64,000 nucleotides of DNA, from positions 352,001-416,000 of the forward strand of contig CAVUAK010000001.1 of the NCBI GenBank assembly GCA_963739455.1, in the 5' to 3' direction. This stretch comes from an uncultured Gemmatimonadales bacterium. GTDB taxonomy: Bacteria; Gemmatimonadota; Gemmatimonadetes; Gemmatimonadales; GWC2-71-9. The notes below the pieces were generated by a model. It saw only the letters and a program-made list of their open reading frames with translations, was not told where the DNA came from and did no database searches. Shown here in pieces: positions 50,380 to 60,826 of the stretch (its first letter is position 1; every line of letters begins with the position of its first letter). A program made the position numbers and the translations under genes.

Positions 50380-51894
50380 TCAGGAAACTCCGGCGGCGCG
50401 AGCGCGTTCGCGCTCCCGCTGCAGCGTGCTGTTGGAACGGCCGTAGGTGAAGTAGATCACCAGGCCGATGGCGAGCCAGATGGCCAGGCGCAGCCAGGTG
50501 TCGACCGGCAGCGTCGCCATGAGGCCGACGCACGCCAGCACACCAAGGATTGGCACCACCGGCATGAACGGCACCTTGAACGGCCGCTCCAGGTCGGGGC
50601 GCTTCTTCCGCAGGATGATCACGCCCACGCACACCAGCGCGAATGCCAGCAGGGTGCCGATGTTCACCAGCTGCCCCAGGATCTGGAGCGGCAGGAGCCC
50701 GGACGCCAGCGAAACGGCGAACCCCGTAAAGATCGTCGAGAGATACGGAGTGCGGAACTTCGGGTGCACCTTGCTGAACCAGCCGCCGATGAGCCCGTCC
50801 CGCGACATGGCGTAGAACACCCGGCTCTGGCCAAGCATCTGCACCAGCACCACCGACGCAAGGCCCAGCACTGCACCCACGTCGATGGACACACGGAGCC
50901 AGTCCGGGGCGCCGGTGCGCTGCATTGCCAGCGCCATCGGCGCCGGCACGTTGAGCTCGGTGTACGACACCATGCCGGTCAGCACCGCCGACACCACGAC
51001 GTAAAGAATGGTACAGACCACCAGCGAGCCGAGAATGCCGATCGGCATGTCGCGCTGGGGATTCTTTGCTTCCTGTGCCGCCGTGCTCACCGCGTCGAAC
51101 CCGATGTAGGCGAAGAACACCAGCCCCGCGCCCCGAAGCACGCCCGACCAGCCGAACTCACCCCACACCCCGGTGTTCGGCGGGATGTACGGCTTCCAGT
51201 TGGCCGGCGTGAGGTGCATGACGCCCCAGCCCACGACCACCAGGATGATCGCGACCTTGAGGACGACGATGAGGTTGTTCAGGTTCGCCGATTCCTTGAT
51301 GCCGATGACCAGGACGATCGTCATCAGCACCGACACCAGGATCGCCGGCAGGTTGACCAGCGAGCCGGTGGTGTTCCATCCCACGTGCGCGCATCCCGCA
51401 ACGGCTGCCTGCACATTCGGGTTGGTGCACCACTGAAAGGGCGCCTGCGCCAGCGCCGCGGGAATGTGAATGCCGAAAATGTCGAGCAGGCTCGCCAGGT
51501 GACCCGACCAGCCGACTGCTACAGTGGCCGCGCCCATGGCATACTCGAGCACCAGGTCCCAGCCGATGATCCACGCCACCAGCTCGCCCATCGTGGCGTA
51601 CGAGTAGGTGTAGGCGCTGCCGGCCACGGGCACCGTGCTCGCCATCTCCGCGTAGCAGAGCCCGGCGAGCGTGCACGCGATGCCCACGATGACCATGGAG
51701 ATCGGCACCGCTGGCCCTGCATGCAATGCCGCGGCGACGCCGGTAAGGACGAAAATGCCGGCGCCGATGATGGCACCAATGCCGAGGAAGACGAGGTTCG
51801 CCGCCGACAGGGTGCGCCGCAGGCCGCCGGCTTCCTCGCCGGCATCTGCCTCTGCGCGCAACGCCGCAATCGACTTCGTCGCCCAGATGCTCAT
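50380..51894 (-). CDS. APC-family (CAT-like) amino acid permease, paralogue of the neighbour
   Basis: Same motifs as 48800..50341. Confidence 0.95.
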   Translation of the reverse strand: MSIWATKSIAALRAEADAGEEAGGLRRTLSAANLVFLGIGAIIGAGIFVLTGVAAALHAGPAVPISMVIVGIACTLAGLCYAEMASTVPVAGSAYTYSYATMGELVAWIIGWDLVLEYAMGAATVAVGWSGHLASLLDIFGIHIPAALAQAPFQWCTNPNVQAAVAGCAHVGWNTTGSLVNLPAILVSVLMTIVLVIGIKESANLNNLIVVLKVAIILVVVGWGVMHLTPANWKPYIPPNTGVWGEFGWSGVLRGAGLVFFAYIGFDAVSTAAQEAKNPQRDMPIGILGSLVVCTILYVVVSAVLTGMVSYTELNVPAPMALAMQRTGAPDWLRVSIDVGAVLGLASVVLVQMLGQSRVFYAMSRDGLIGGWFSKVHPKFRTPYLSTIFTGFAVSLASGLLPLQILGQLVNIGTLLAFALVCVGVIILRKKRPDLERPFKVPFMPVVPILGVLACVGLMATLPVDTWLRLAIWLAIGLVIYFTYGRSNSTLQRERERARAAGVS

Positions 51895-51920
51895 GCACGT
51901 ACCTCCGGCGTGTGTCTGAC

Positions 51921-51945
51921 GACTGCCGACTGCAGACTGCCGACT
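51921..51945 (+). repeat. 3.5 x heptamer GACTGC(C/A) after the guaB stop
   Basis: GACTGCC GACTGCA GACTGCC GACT, overlapping the TAA at 51945-51947. Confidence 0.85.
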
Positions 51946-53402
51946 TATTTCGAGTAGTTCGGTGCCTCGCGCGTGATCGTCACATCGTGGGGATGCGACT
52001 CACGGAGGCCGGCGGTGGTGATCTGGACCATTTCCACGTCGCGCTGCAGCGACGCGATATCGGCGACGCCGCAGTACCCCATGCCACTGCGCAATCCGCC
52101 AACCATCTGGAAGAGCACGTCGCCCACAGGGCCGCGGTAAGGCACGCGGCCCTCGATGCCCTCGGGCACCAGTTTGGACGGTGACATCTCGCCGTCCTGG
52201 AAGTAGCGGTCGGCAGACCCGTCCTGCATCGCCGACAGGCTGCCCATGCCACGAATCATCTTGAAACGACGGCCCTCGGCGAGCACCGACTCACCGGGAC
52301 TCTCCTCGGTGCCCGCAAGCATCGAGCCCATCATGACACACGACGCCCCGGAGGCCAGTGCCTTCACGATGTCGCCGGAGTACTTGATGCCGCCGTCGGC
52401 CACGATGGGCACGTCACCCGCGCCCCGCACGGCGTCCATCACCGCGGTGATCTGCGGTACGCCGACACCGGTAACGACGCGCGTGGTGCAGATGCTGCCC
52501 GGCCCGATGCCGACCTTCACCGCATCGACGCCGCGGCGCACCAGTTCGCGCGCACCTTCCTCGGTGGCAACGTTGCCGGCCACGAGTTGCACGTCGGGAA
52601 ATCCCTGGCGGATGGCATCGACGGTCATGAGGACGCCGTCACTGTGGCCATGCGCCGAATCGATGACGAGCACGTCGACGCCGGATTGCACCAGCGCAGC
52701 GGCCCGGGTGTGCGCCTCAGGGCCGGTGCCCAGCGCCGCGGCCACGCGCAGGCGGCCGTGCTGGTCCTTGTTCGCGTCAGGGTGCTCACGGCGCTTGAAG
52801 ATGTCCTTCACCGTGATGAGCCCGCGGAGCACACCCTGAGCGTCCACCACCGGCAGCTTCTCGATGCGGTGCTTCGCCAGGATGCGCTCCGCCTCGTCGA
52901 GCGTCGTGCCCACCGGGGCGGTCACCAGGCGGTCCTTCGTCATGGCGTCGCGGATCGGCTGGTCGAGGTTGCGCTCGAACTGCAGGTCGCGGTTGGTGAT
53001 GATACCGATCAGCCGGCCCTCGCCGTCCACGATCGGAACGCCGGAGATCTTGAAGCGGCGCATGAGCCCGTGGGCCTCGCGCAGCGGCCGGTCGGCGCCG
53101 AGCGTGATCGGGTTCATGATCATCCCGCTCTCGCTGCGCTTCACCCGGTCCACCTCCGCCGCCTGGCGGTCGATGGACATGTTCTTGTGCAGCACGCCGA
53201 TGCCACCGGAACGGGCCATGGCAATCGCCATGTCGGCCTCGGTAACGGTGTCCATGGCGGCGGCGACGAACGGGATATTGAGCGGGATGGTGCGGGTGAA
53301 GCGGCTGACGATCGAGACATCGCGCGGGTGCACGCTCGAGTGCCGGGGCACGAGCAGCACGTCATCGAACGTGAGCGCGATACCAGGTCGGATTCGACTC
53401 AT
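51945..53402 (-). CDS. guaB: IMP dehydrogenase
   Basis: [20 protein letters not shown] pair, [29 protein letters not shown]. Confidence 0.98.
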   Translation of the reverse strand: MSRIRPGIALTFDDVLLVPRHSSVHPRDVSIVSRFTRTIPLNIPFVAAAMDTVTEADMAIAMARSGGIGVLHKNMSIDRQAAEVDRVKRSESGMIMNPITLGADRPLREAHGLMRRFKISGVPIVDGEGRLIGIITNRDLQFERNLDQPIRDAMTKDRLVTAPVGTTLDEAERILAKHRIEKLPVVDAQGVLRGLITVKDIFKRREHPDANKDQHGRLRVAAALGTGPEAHTRAAALVQSGVDVLVIDSAHGHSDGVLMTVDAIRQGFPDVQLVAGNVATEEGARELVRRGVDAVKVGIGPGSICTTRVVTGVGVPQITAVMDAVRGAGDVPIVADGGIKYSGDIVKALASGASCVMMGSMLAGTEESPGESVLAEGRRFKMIRGMGSLSAMQDGSADRYFQDGEMSPSKLVPEGIEGRVPYRGPVGDVLFQMVGGLRSGMGYCGVADIASLQRDVEMVQITTAGLRESHPHDVTITREAPNYSK

Positions 53403-53512
53403 GTGAGGCGCTGGCGGACGGGGGACTGGCTGGCGATTCGATTGTCTGGCGAACTGGGAGGCAACATCCTGAAGCCTACGCCCCGGGACACCCTAAATCA
53501 AGCCGAGCGGGG

Positions 53513-55351
53513 TCACGAAAGGAGCCCGCCCACGTCGCCCGGCCCCTCCTCGTTGCGCCCCCGGGGAATACCCCGTGGCGCTGCGCCGAACAATGCGACG
53601 CTCCTGATTTCACTGTCGATGGCGAGCAGCAGGCCATCGAGCTCCTCGATCGCCTTCCTGAGCGCATACCGGAACATGTAGCGATAGCTCGCGAATCCGA
53701 GGACGCCGGCCACGAGCACGCCACCCGCGAGCGGGAGCGCCAGCGCGGCGGCGGCGATGCCGGCCTTCGCCGCGGCGGTGAGGCCGATGCCGCCGCCAAT
53801 GACGCCGGTGCCGCCGGTCCACCAGCGGCTGAAGCGATAATTGGCGCGCACGCCCGGCCGGAGATCCCCATAGATGGAAATCTCGGTGCCGCCGTCACCG
53901 GCCAGGGCATGCAGCCGCACCTGGAGCCGGCGCAATTCGATCTGCTGCAGTCGGTAGCTGAACATCGACATACCCTGCGATGACAGGAACTGTGCCGTGA
54001 CGGCGGCAGGCACGTCGAACAGCAGGATCCCGCCGTCCAGGGGGTGGCCCCCCTGCGACTCGAGGAAGCGCATGCCATACGGATGGCCCGGCGCAATGCG
54101 GCCGAGCGCCTCCAGCACGCGGGCCGGCGATGCCCGGATCACCCGCGACACCGACACGCTCCGCTGGCTGGAACCCAGCGCAACGGTCGCCGCCCGATCC
54201 TCCCGGTCCGTCATCACCGAGGCTGCCACGGCTGTTGGCGCCGGCAGTTCCGCCAGTGCGAGAGCCACGAATTCGTCGCCGATTCCCACCTCAGCCGCGG
54301 CTGCGGCGACGTCGGCGAGCCGGTAGCCATCGGTCGGCACGGCCCCGTCCGGCGCGCCGGGCAGCAACTCCTTCCGGGATCGCGCCTCGATCCGGCTCGC
54401 CGCCTCCATCTGCAGCTGTGCCGCCCGGAGCCACACCGCCTGGGCCTGCCCCGCGCTCAACACCTGGTCGAGTGCCATGCCACCCGCGGGCGTCACCGAC
54501 ACCTCCTGCTCCAGCGCGGCGGCCAATGCGGCGGCCAGCGCTTCTCCCGAGGGATGCCGCTCGTCGGGCGCCTTCGCGAGCGCGCGGTCGATGACGCGCG
54601 CGAGACTCTCGGGAACATCGGGCGCGACGTCGCGCAAGCGTGGCGCCGGCTTCGTCGCGTGCATGACCAGGACGGCGCCGGGAGCCACCGCCGAGAATGG
54701 CAGCTGGCCCGCCAGCGCCTGGAATCCAATGACGCCAAGCGCATACAGGTCGCTTCGACCGTCGACGGCGTCGCCGGTGGCCTGCTCCGGGCTCATGTAG
54801 TGCACCGAGCCCAGCACGTGACCCTCCTGCGTCAGCGACGTCGCGCGGATATCGCGCGCAATGCCGAAGTCGGTGACGAGCACCCGACCCGTGGCCCGCT
54901 CCAGCATCACGTTCTCCGGCTTGATGTCCCGGTGAATGACCCCGCGCGCGTGTGCGTAAGCCAGTGCCCAGGCCACTTCGCGAAGGATGCGCACCGTCTC
55001 CGCCGGTGACAGGCGACCACGCGCCTTGATATGGTCAGCCAGCGTCTCCCCGTCCACGAACCCCATGGCGAAGAACGCGAAGCCGTTGCTTTCATCGGCG
55101 TGGTAGATCGGGACGATGTTGGGGTGGGAAAGCTGCGCCGCCGTGCGGGCCTCGCGCAGGAATCGCTCGCGCAGCTCGGGAGAACGGGCGAGATCAGGTG
55201 GCAGCACCTTGAGCGCAACCTGGCGCTCGAGCCGCAGCTCGCGCGCCAGGTAGACGACCCCCATGCCGCCCCGGCCGAGTTCACGCTCCAATCGGTATCG
55301 CCCGTCCAGCGCCTCAGCGAGCCCGACGAGCGGTTGAAGCGTTCCCGTCAT
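53513..55351 (-). CDS. Hanks-type Ser/Thr protein kinase with C-terminal membrane domain
   Basis: LGRGGMGVVY, VALK, HRDIKPEN, DFGIA, YMSPEQ, SDLYALG; two hydrophobic segments near the C-terminus. Confidence 0.93.
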   Translation of the reverse strand: MTGTLQPLVGLAEALDGRYRLERELGRGGMGVVYLARELRLERQVALKVLPPDLARSPELRERFLREARTAAQLSHPNIVPIYHADESNGFAFFAMGFVDGETLADHIKARGRLSPAETVRILREVAWALAYAHARGVIHRDIKPENVMLERATGRVLVTDFGIARDIRATSLTQEGHVLGSVHYMSPEQATGDAVDGRSDLYALGVIGFQALAGQLPFSAVAPGAVLVMHATKPAPRLRDVAPDVPESLARVIDRALAKAPDERHPSGEALAAALAAALEQEVSVTPAGGMALDQVLSAGQAQAVWLRAAQLQMEAASRIEARSRKELLPGAPDGAVPTDGYRLADVAAAAAEVGIGDEFVALALAELPAPTAVAASVMTDREDRAATVALGSSQRSVSVSRVIRASPARVLEALGRIAPGHPYGMRFLESQGGHPLDGGILLFDVPAAVTAQFLSSQGMSMFSYRLQQIELRRLQVRLHALAGDGGTEISIYGDLRPGVRANYRFSRWWTGGTGVIGGGIGLTAAAKAGIAAAALALPLAGGVLVAGVLGFASYRYMFRYALRKAIEELDGLLLAIDSEIRSVALFGAAPRGIPRGRNEEGPGDVGGLLS

Positions 55352-56823
55352 GCCTTATCGGCGCGTCGCCAGAGCAGGTATACCGGAATGCCGAGTGCCA
55401 CGATCAACAACCCGAACGCGGAGAACTTCCGCTTGTCAGGATCTACCAGCAGGACCACCAGCAGGAAGGCGATCGACAGGATGTAGAGCGCCGGGACCAC
55501 CGGGTATCCGAATGCCTTCACCGGCCGCGGCAGGTCGGGCTGCAGCTTCCTCAGCCGGAACAGCGCCACCGTGGTGAGCAGGTAGAAAATGAGTGCGGCG
55601 AAGATGACGTAGTCGAGCAGCTGTCCGTATGTCCCGGTGAGGCAGAGCGCCATCGCCCAGGCCGCCTGGGCCAGCAGGCCGAAGGTCGGCGTGTGCCTGG
55701 TCGGGTGCAGCGTGCCCGCCGGCTTGAAGAACAGCCGGTCGCGCGCCATCGCGTAGTACACCCGCGGTCCCGCCAGGATGAGCCCGTTGTTGCAGCCAAA
55801 CGTGGAGATCAGGATCGCGATCGCCATCACGATGGCACCCGTCGGGCCAATCACCGCCTCGAGCGCCGCCGTGCCAACGCGGTCCTGGGACGCGTAGCTG
55901 ATGCCACGCTCGAACGCATCGGCGCCGGTGGGCTGGCCACCGAACGGCAGCACGTTGAGGTACGCCACGTTCGCGAGGATGTACAGCAGGCTGACCAGGC
56001 CGGTACCATAGGCAAGCGCCCGCGGCAGGTTCTTCTGTGGCTCGCGCACCTCTGCCGCCGCGAAGGTCACGTTGTTCCAGGCGTCACTGGAGAAAAGCGA
56101 GCCCACCATCGCCGCGCCCACCACCGGGAGCATCGCGAGCCCCCAGGACTTGGCACCCCAGAAGGTGTCGAAGTTCATCGCGGAAATGGCCGGCTGCCGG
56201 AAGATGAACAGCCCGAGCATGATGAGCGCCACCAGTGCGCCCACTTTCGCCACCGTGAACACCGTCTGGATAGCGGCACCGAGCCGCACACCGCGCATGT
56301 TCACGACGGTGAGCACCGCGATCATCACCACCGCCACCATGCGCTGGTTCGAGAGGCCGAGCTCGATCGTGCCGCCCGGCAGGTTGAGCGAGCCGAGCTT
56401 GAGGAATACGTCGGGCGTCACCCCGGGCAACAGCACCGCGAGGAACTTGGCGAACGCCACCGCCACTGCGGCGATGGTGCCGGTCTGGATGACGGTGAAC
56501 AGCGTCCAGCCATAGAGGAATCCGGCGGCGGGCGAGAGCCCCTCGCGCAGGAAGACGTACTGGCCGCCCACGTTCGGCAGCATGGCCGCGAGCTCGGCGT
56601 AGGCAAGCGCACCCGCCAGTGTCATGAGCCCCGTCAACAGCCACACCAGCAGCAGGCCACCAGGCCCCCAGCCCGCCACCTGGCGGCTGATATCGGCGGA
56701 GACGATGAAGATGCCCGAGCCGATCATGGAGCCCACGACGAGCGACGTGGCGGCAAGTGGGCCGATGCCGCGCACAAACTGGTCGCGGTCCGGCGCGGGT
56801 GGCGCGTCGTTCGGGTTGGTCAT
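55348..56823 (-). CDS. APC-family (LAT/SteT-like) amino acid permease
   Basis: GSMIGSGIF, YAEL, GGQY, WNN....EV..P.KNLP, RP..AFGYP. Confidence 0.93.
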   Translation of the reverse strand: MTNPNDAPPAPDRDQFVRGIGPLAATSLVVGSMIGSGIFIVSADISRQVAGWGPGGLLLVWLLTGLMTLAGALAYAELAAMLPNVGGQYVFLREGLSPAAGFLYGWTLFTVIQTGTIAAVAVAFAKFLAVLLPGVTPDVFLKLGSLNLPGGTIELGLSNQRMVAVVMIAVLTVVNMRGVRLGAAIQTVFTVAKVGALVALIMLGLFIFRQPAISAMNFDTFWGAKSWGLAMLPVVGAAMVGSLFSSDAWNNVTFAAAEVREPQKNLPRALAYGTGLVSLLYILANVAYLNVLPFGGQPTGADAFERGISYASQDRVGTAALEAVIGPTGAIVMAIAILISTFGCNNGLILAGPRVYYAMARDRLFFKPAGTLHPTRHTPTFGLLAQAAWAMALCLTGTYGQLLDYVIFAALIFYLLTTVALFRLRKLQPDLPRPVKAFGYPVVPALYILSIAFLLVVLLVDPDKRKFSAFGLLIVALGIPVYLLWRRADKA

Positions 56824-56864
56824 GTATTGGTGGGTAAGGGGTGGGCGGGAGCGGGGCGCGAGCC

Positions 56865-57239
56865 TCAGCTCGCGCTTTCACGTGGCGGTTCGAGCTTCTC
56901 GGGCGCCTTCGGCACTGGCGGTGCGGGACGGCTTGGCGGTGCCTGTGCCACGTTGATGGCCTCGTCCACCACCGCCTGGCCGGCGGCCGCGAGGCCCTTC
57001 ATCACCTTGGTGGCGCTGTCCATCAGCCCCATCGTGCCGGAGATCGCCTGGATCGGGAGCTTCCCCGCCCGCATCGTGTCTTCAACCGTCTCGGTGATCT
57101 TCGCCAGGAACCCGGTGGGCCGCTGCCGCTCCGCGTAGCGGCTCTCGAGAAACTCGACGAAATCGAGCACCTGGTAGGCCCGGTCGTCGGGCAGGGTATC
57201 GAGCGCGCGCAGGATGCGCTGCTTCAGAAGGTCGTTCAT
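56865..57239 (-). CDS. Hypothetical protein (DUF2281-like N-terminus)
   Basis: L..LP.....QVLDFVEFL..RY pattern; SD GGAGG. Confidence 0.65.
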   Translation of the reverse strand: MNDLLKQRILRALDTLPDDRAYQVLDFVEFLESRYAERQRPTGFLAKITETVEDTMRAGKLPIQAISGTMGLMDSATKVMKGLAAAGQAVVDEAINVAQAPPSRPAPPVPKAPEKLEPPRESAS

Positions 57240-57322
57240 GTCATTGCCTCCGGGTCGCCGCCACTACGCAGGGACGCTGGAAATGTGTCGCACCCGGCGA
57301 ATCCCTGCCAATCGCCACCGCC

Positions 57323-57348
57323 CTACCCGTCCTCCCCGCCTTCACGCC
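57323..57348 (+). repeat. Degenerate nonamer array at the antiporter stop
   Basis: CTACCCGTC CTCCCCGCC TTCACGCC; resembles the 12313-12386 family. Confidence 0.5.
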
Positions 57349-58574
57349 CTCGAGACCAGGTCCACGCTCCCCGGCTCATCCTGCCGCGGCGCCCCGTCCT
57401 GCTTGGTGAGCAGCTGCTTGAGCAGGATCGGTGCGAGGAAGGTCGTGGCCATCACCATCATGGCACAGGCGGCGAAGAGCTTCTCGTCCAGCACCCCGGT
57501 CACGACGCCCGCGGTCGCAAAGATGAGCCCCACTTCGCCCCGAGGGATCATCCCCACCCCGATGACCACCTTGCGACCCTTCCACCAGAACGGCGCCCAG
57601 CCCGCCACCACCTTGCCGGCCACGGCGCACACGGTGAGGATGCCGCCCACGAGCAGGACACGGGGATCGGCAAACGCGCGCGCGTCCACCAGCGCGCCCA
57701 CGTGCGCGAAGAAGAGCGGCACGAAGAAGTAGCCGATGCGCACCACCCCTTCCTCGATCTGGTGCACCTGCGGGGTCGGCGCGAAGAGCAGCCCCGCCGT
57801 GAAGGCGCCGATGATGAGCGCCGAGCCGACCCGGTCGGCGAGCACCGCCACGAGGAATGCGAGGGTGAGCGCCATGACCGGGAGCGAGGGTCCCTTGCCG
57901 TAGCGCGCCACGAGCCGCACCAGCGGCGGCACGACCCGGCTGCCGATCAGCACGGCAGCGACGATGAACCCGAACGCCGTCACGGTGTTGCGCGCGACGT
58001 TGCCCAGCGTCACCTCGCCGCCCGCCACCACGTCGCTCACCACCGCGAGGATGATGAGGCCGATCACGTCGTCGATGACGGCCGCGCCGAGCACCACCTG
58101 GCTCTCGGGGTCCTGCAGCCGCCCCAGGTCGGAAAGCACCCTTGCCGTGATGCCGACCGACGTGGCCGTGAGCGTGGCACCCAGCACCAGCGCGGCCAGC
58201 TGCGGGAGCCCGAGCGCCTTGGCCGCGAGGAAGCCCAGCGAGAAGGGCACGACGACACCCACCGTGGCCACGGCGAACGCAGCCGAACCCACCTTCATCA
58301 TCTTTCGCAGGTCGGTCTCGAGCCCGATCTGGAAGAGCAGGATGATGACGCCGATTTCAGAGAACGCCTCGATGACCGGCTGGTGCGGATCCACCAGGCG
58401 CATCAGCGACGGACCCAGCAGCACGCCGGCGATGAGTTCGCCGATGACCGCCGCCTGGCCCATGCGCTCAAAGACGTCACCGAGCAGCTTCGCGAGCGCC
58501 AGCATCGCCGCGAGGACCAGCAGCAGCGACGAAATCGAGGTGGCGGTGGATGCCGGGTCGGCGTTCAGCAGCAT
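57342..58574 (-). CDS. CPA2 cation:proton antiporter
   Basis: GEL.AG..LGPS, LLF.IGLE, ATSVGIT, AAVIDD, IGAF.AG, GMIPRGE. Confidence 0.93.
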   Translation of the reverse strand: MLLNADPASTATSISSLLLVLAAMLALAKLLGDVFERMGQAAVIGELIAGVLLGPSLMRLVDPHQPVIEAFSEIGVIILLFQIGLETDLRKMMKVGSAAFAVATVGVVVPFSLGFLAAKALGLPQLAALVLGATLTATSVGITARVLSDLGRLQDPESQVVLGAAVIDDVIGLIILAVVSDVVAGGEVTLGNVARNTVTAFGFIVAAVLIGSRVVPPLVRLVARYGKGPSLPVMALTLAFLVAVLADRVGSALIIGAFTAGLLFAPTPQVHQIEEGVVRIGYFFVPLFFAHVGALVDARAFADPRVLLVGGILTVCAVAGKVVAGWAPFWWKGRKVVIGVGMIPRGEVGLIFATAGVVTGVLDEKLFAACAMMVMATTFLAPILLKQLLTKQDGAPRQDEPGSVDLVSRA

Positions 58575-59242
58575 CAGCGGCCGGTGCTGTCGACGACCGC
58601 CACCAGTTCAGCCACCGGGGTGGGGAGGTACCGCGTGCTCGCAGCCCGGATGGTGACGCGCAATGTCATCTCGGCGAGTGGTGGCAGTGCCTTGAAGCGC
58701 GGCACCGACGTGCGCGGCAGCATGACGTACACGAAGCCGGGCTCCGGCAGTGGACCGCGCATCAGGAGGTACTGCTGGCCCGCGGGAATTTCCGGTCGCA
58801 GTTCATCGGCGGTCTGGATGCTCACCAGCTGCAGCCGCCAGTCGAGTGTCTTGCCCACGTAGCGCGTGGGATCAGCCCGCACTTCGGCCGCCGACACGCC
58901 GAGCGTGGCGCTGCCACTCTCCGGCTTGAGGTCGGACGCGCGCACCCACCCCTCGAACTGCACCCGCACCCATTCGCCACTCTGGCCCAGCACGCGGCCC
59001 TTCGCGCCCAGCGCCAGGTTGCCGAGGGTGCCACTGCCCGGCTGGACGTAGATGTCTGATGGATTGGCGAGTTCGATCGCATCCGGGAGGGTTGGGCCCG
59101 CAGGTGCCGTCGCGACTGGTGCCGGGGGTGCCGATGGCTTCCTGGATTGCTGCGCGGACAGCGGCGTCGCGAGGATCGCGCACACCGCCAGCGCGGCTGG
59201 ATGCCAGCGGAAGGGAGGACTAGATTGCGGCGCTCCGAACAC
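58574..59242 (-). CDS. Secreted hypothetical protein (SH3-like and OB-like segments)
   Basis: Signal-like segment; GEWVRV..EGWV SH3-like motif. Confidence 0.6.
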   Translation of the reverse strand: MFGAPQSSPPFRWHPAALAVCAILATPLSAQQSRKPSAPPAPVATAPAGPTLPDAIELANPSDIYVQPGSGTLGNLALGAKGRVLGQSGEWVRVQFEGWVRASDLKPESGSATLGVSAAEVRADPTRYVGKTLDWRLQLVSIQTADELRPEIPAGQQYLLMRGPLPEPGFVYVMLPRTSVPRFKALPPLAEMTLRVTIRAASTRYLPTPVAELVAVVDSTGR

Positions 59243-59272
59243 GATGGCCCATCTTAGACGGCGCGGAGAGGC

Positions 59273-60826
59273 ATGTCAAACGACGTCGGGCATCGTGGAC
59301 CGGTTGTGCTCGTGGTCCTCGACGGGTGGGGTTACCGGCCTGAACGCGAGGGCAATGCCATCGCGCTCGCGCGTGCGCCAACCTGGGAGCGACTCTGGGG
59401 CCGCTTTCCGCGCACGCTGCTCGACGCGAGCGAACTCGCCGTCGGGCTCCCCATCGGCCAGATGGGCAATAGCGAGGTAGGCCACCTCAATCTCGGCGCT
59501 GGTCGCGTGGTACCGCAGGACCTCGTGCGCATCTCGCAGAGCATCGAGCGGGGTGAGTTCTACCAGCTGGCGGTGCTGCAGGAGCTTGGCGCCTGGCTTC
59601 GGCAGACCGGCGGCACCCTCCACCTGGTCGGGCTGCTCGGCCCCGGCGGCGTGCATGCCCTCGACCGCCACCTGCTGGCCTGCGTCGAGCTTGGTGTGCG
59701 CCTCAAGGTGCCACACATCGCGATCCACGGGTTCCTGGACGGGCGCGATTCGGCGCCCACACTCGGCGCCGAGGTGGTGCGCACCCTGCTGCTCGACATG
59801 CGCCGCATTGCGGGAAGCCGCGTCGACATCGCCTCGCTGACCGGACGGTACTACGGGATGGACCGCGACAAGCGGTGGGACCGGACCCGGGCCGCCTATG
59901 ATGCCATCGCGCATGGCGTCGGCATTGCGGCGGAACATCCCGTCCTCGCGGTGCAGGCGGCCTACCAGCGCGGCGAAACCGACGAGTTCGTGCGGCCGCT
60001 CGTGCATCACCGCAACGGGCTGCCGGTCGCCACGGTCAAGGATGGCGACGGCATCTTCTTCTTCAATTACCGGAGCGACCGGATGCGCCAGATCGTCGCG
60101 GCACTGGGCGTCGATGGCTTCGCCGGTTTCGACACCGGTCGCAGGCCGGCGATCCGTTGCGCCACCATGACGCAGTACGACCAGACATTTCCCATTCCCC
60201 AGGCATTCCCGCCCTTCACGCTGGCGCACATCCTGGCCGAGGTGCTGGCCGACAACGGGCGCACGCAGCTTCGCACCGCCGAAACGGAGAAGTATCCGCA
60301 CGTCACCTATTTCTTCAACGGCGGGTTCGAGCCTCCCTACAAGGGAGAGGAGCGCCTGCTGGTGCAGTCGCCCCGCGTGGCGACGTACGATCTCGCGCCT
60401 GAAATGAGCGCGGCGGGTGTCACCGATGCGCTCTGTGGTGCCCTCACGAAGCGGCAGCATGATTTCCTGCTCTGCAATTTCGCGAACGCCGACATGGTGG
60501 GTCACACCGGGGTCATGCCGGCCGTCATCAAGGCGGTGGAAACGGTCGACACCTGCCTCCAGCGCATTCTCACGAGCGCGGAACAGGCCGGCGCCGCGGT
60601 GCTCGTCACCGCCGACCACGGCAATTGCGAGATGATGATCGACCCGTCCACCGGTGGGCCCCACACGGCGCACACCACCAATCCCGTTCCCCTCGTTGCC
60701 GTCACCGGGGCCGACACGCCCCTTCGGACCGGCGGCTCCCTTCGCGATGTCGCGCCCACGGTGCTCGGGCTCCTGGGTGTCGATCCCCCGGACGACATGA
60801 CCGGTCGCGACCTCCGATTCCCATGA
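59273..60826 (+). CDS. gpmI: 2,3-bisphosphoglycerate-independent phosphoglycerate mutase
   Basis: LDGWG, GQMGNSEVGH, DGRD, GRYY.MDRD.RW, AETEKYPHVTYFF, DMVGHTG, TADHGN, HTAHT. Confidence 0.98.
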   Translation: MSNDVGHRGPVVLVVLDGWGYRPEREGNAIALARAPTWERLWGRFPRTLLDASELAVGLPIGQMGNSEVGHLNLGAGRVVPQDLVRISQSIERGEFYQLAVLQELGAWLRQTGGTLHLVGLLGPGGVHALDRHLLACVELGVRLKVPHIAIHGFLDGRDSAPTLGAEVVRTLLLDMRRIAGSRVDIASLTGRYYGMDRDKRWDRTRAAYDAIAHGVGIAAEHPVLAVQAAYQRGETDEFVRPLVHHRNGLPVATVKDGDGIFFFNYRSDRMRQIVAALGVDGFAGFDTGRRPAIRCATMTQYDQTFPIPQAFPPFTLAHILAEVLADNGRTQLRTAETEKYPHVTYFFNGGFEPPYKGEERLLVQSPRVATYDLAPEMSAAGVTDALCGALTKRQHDFLLCNFANADMVGHTGVMPAVIKAVETVDTCLQRILTSAEQAGAAVLVTADHGNCEMMIDPSTGGPHTAHTTNPVPLVAVTGADTPLRTGGSLRDVAPTVLGLLGVDPPDDMTGRDLRFP

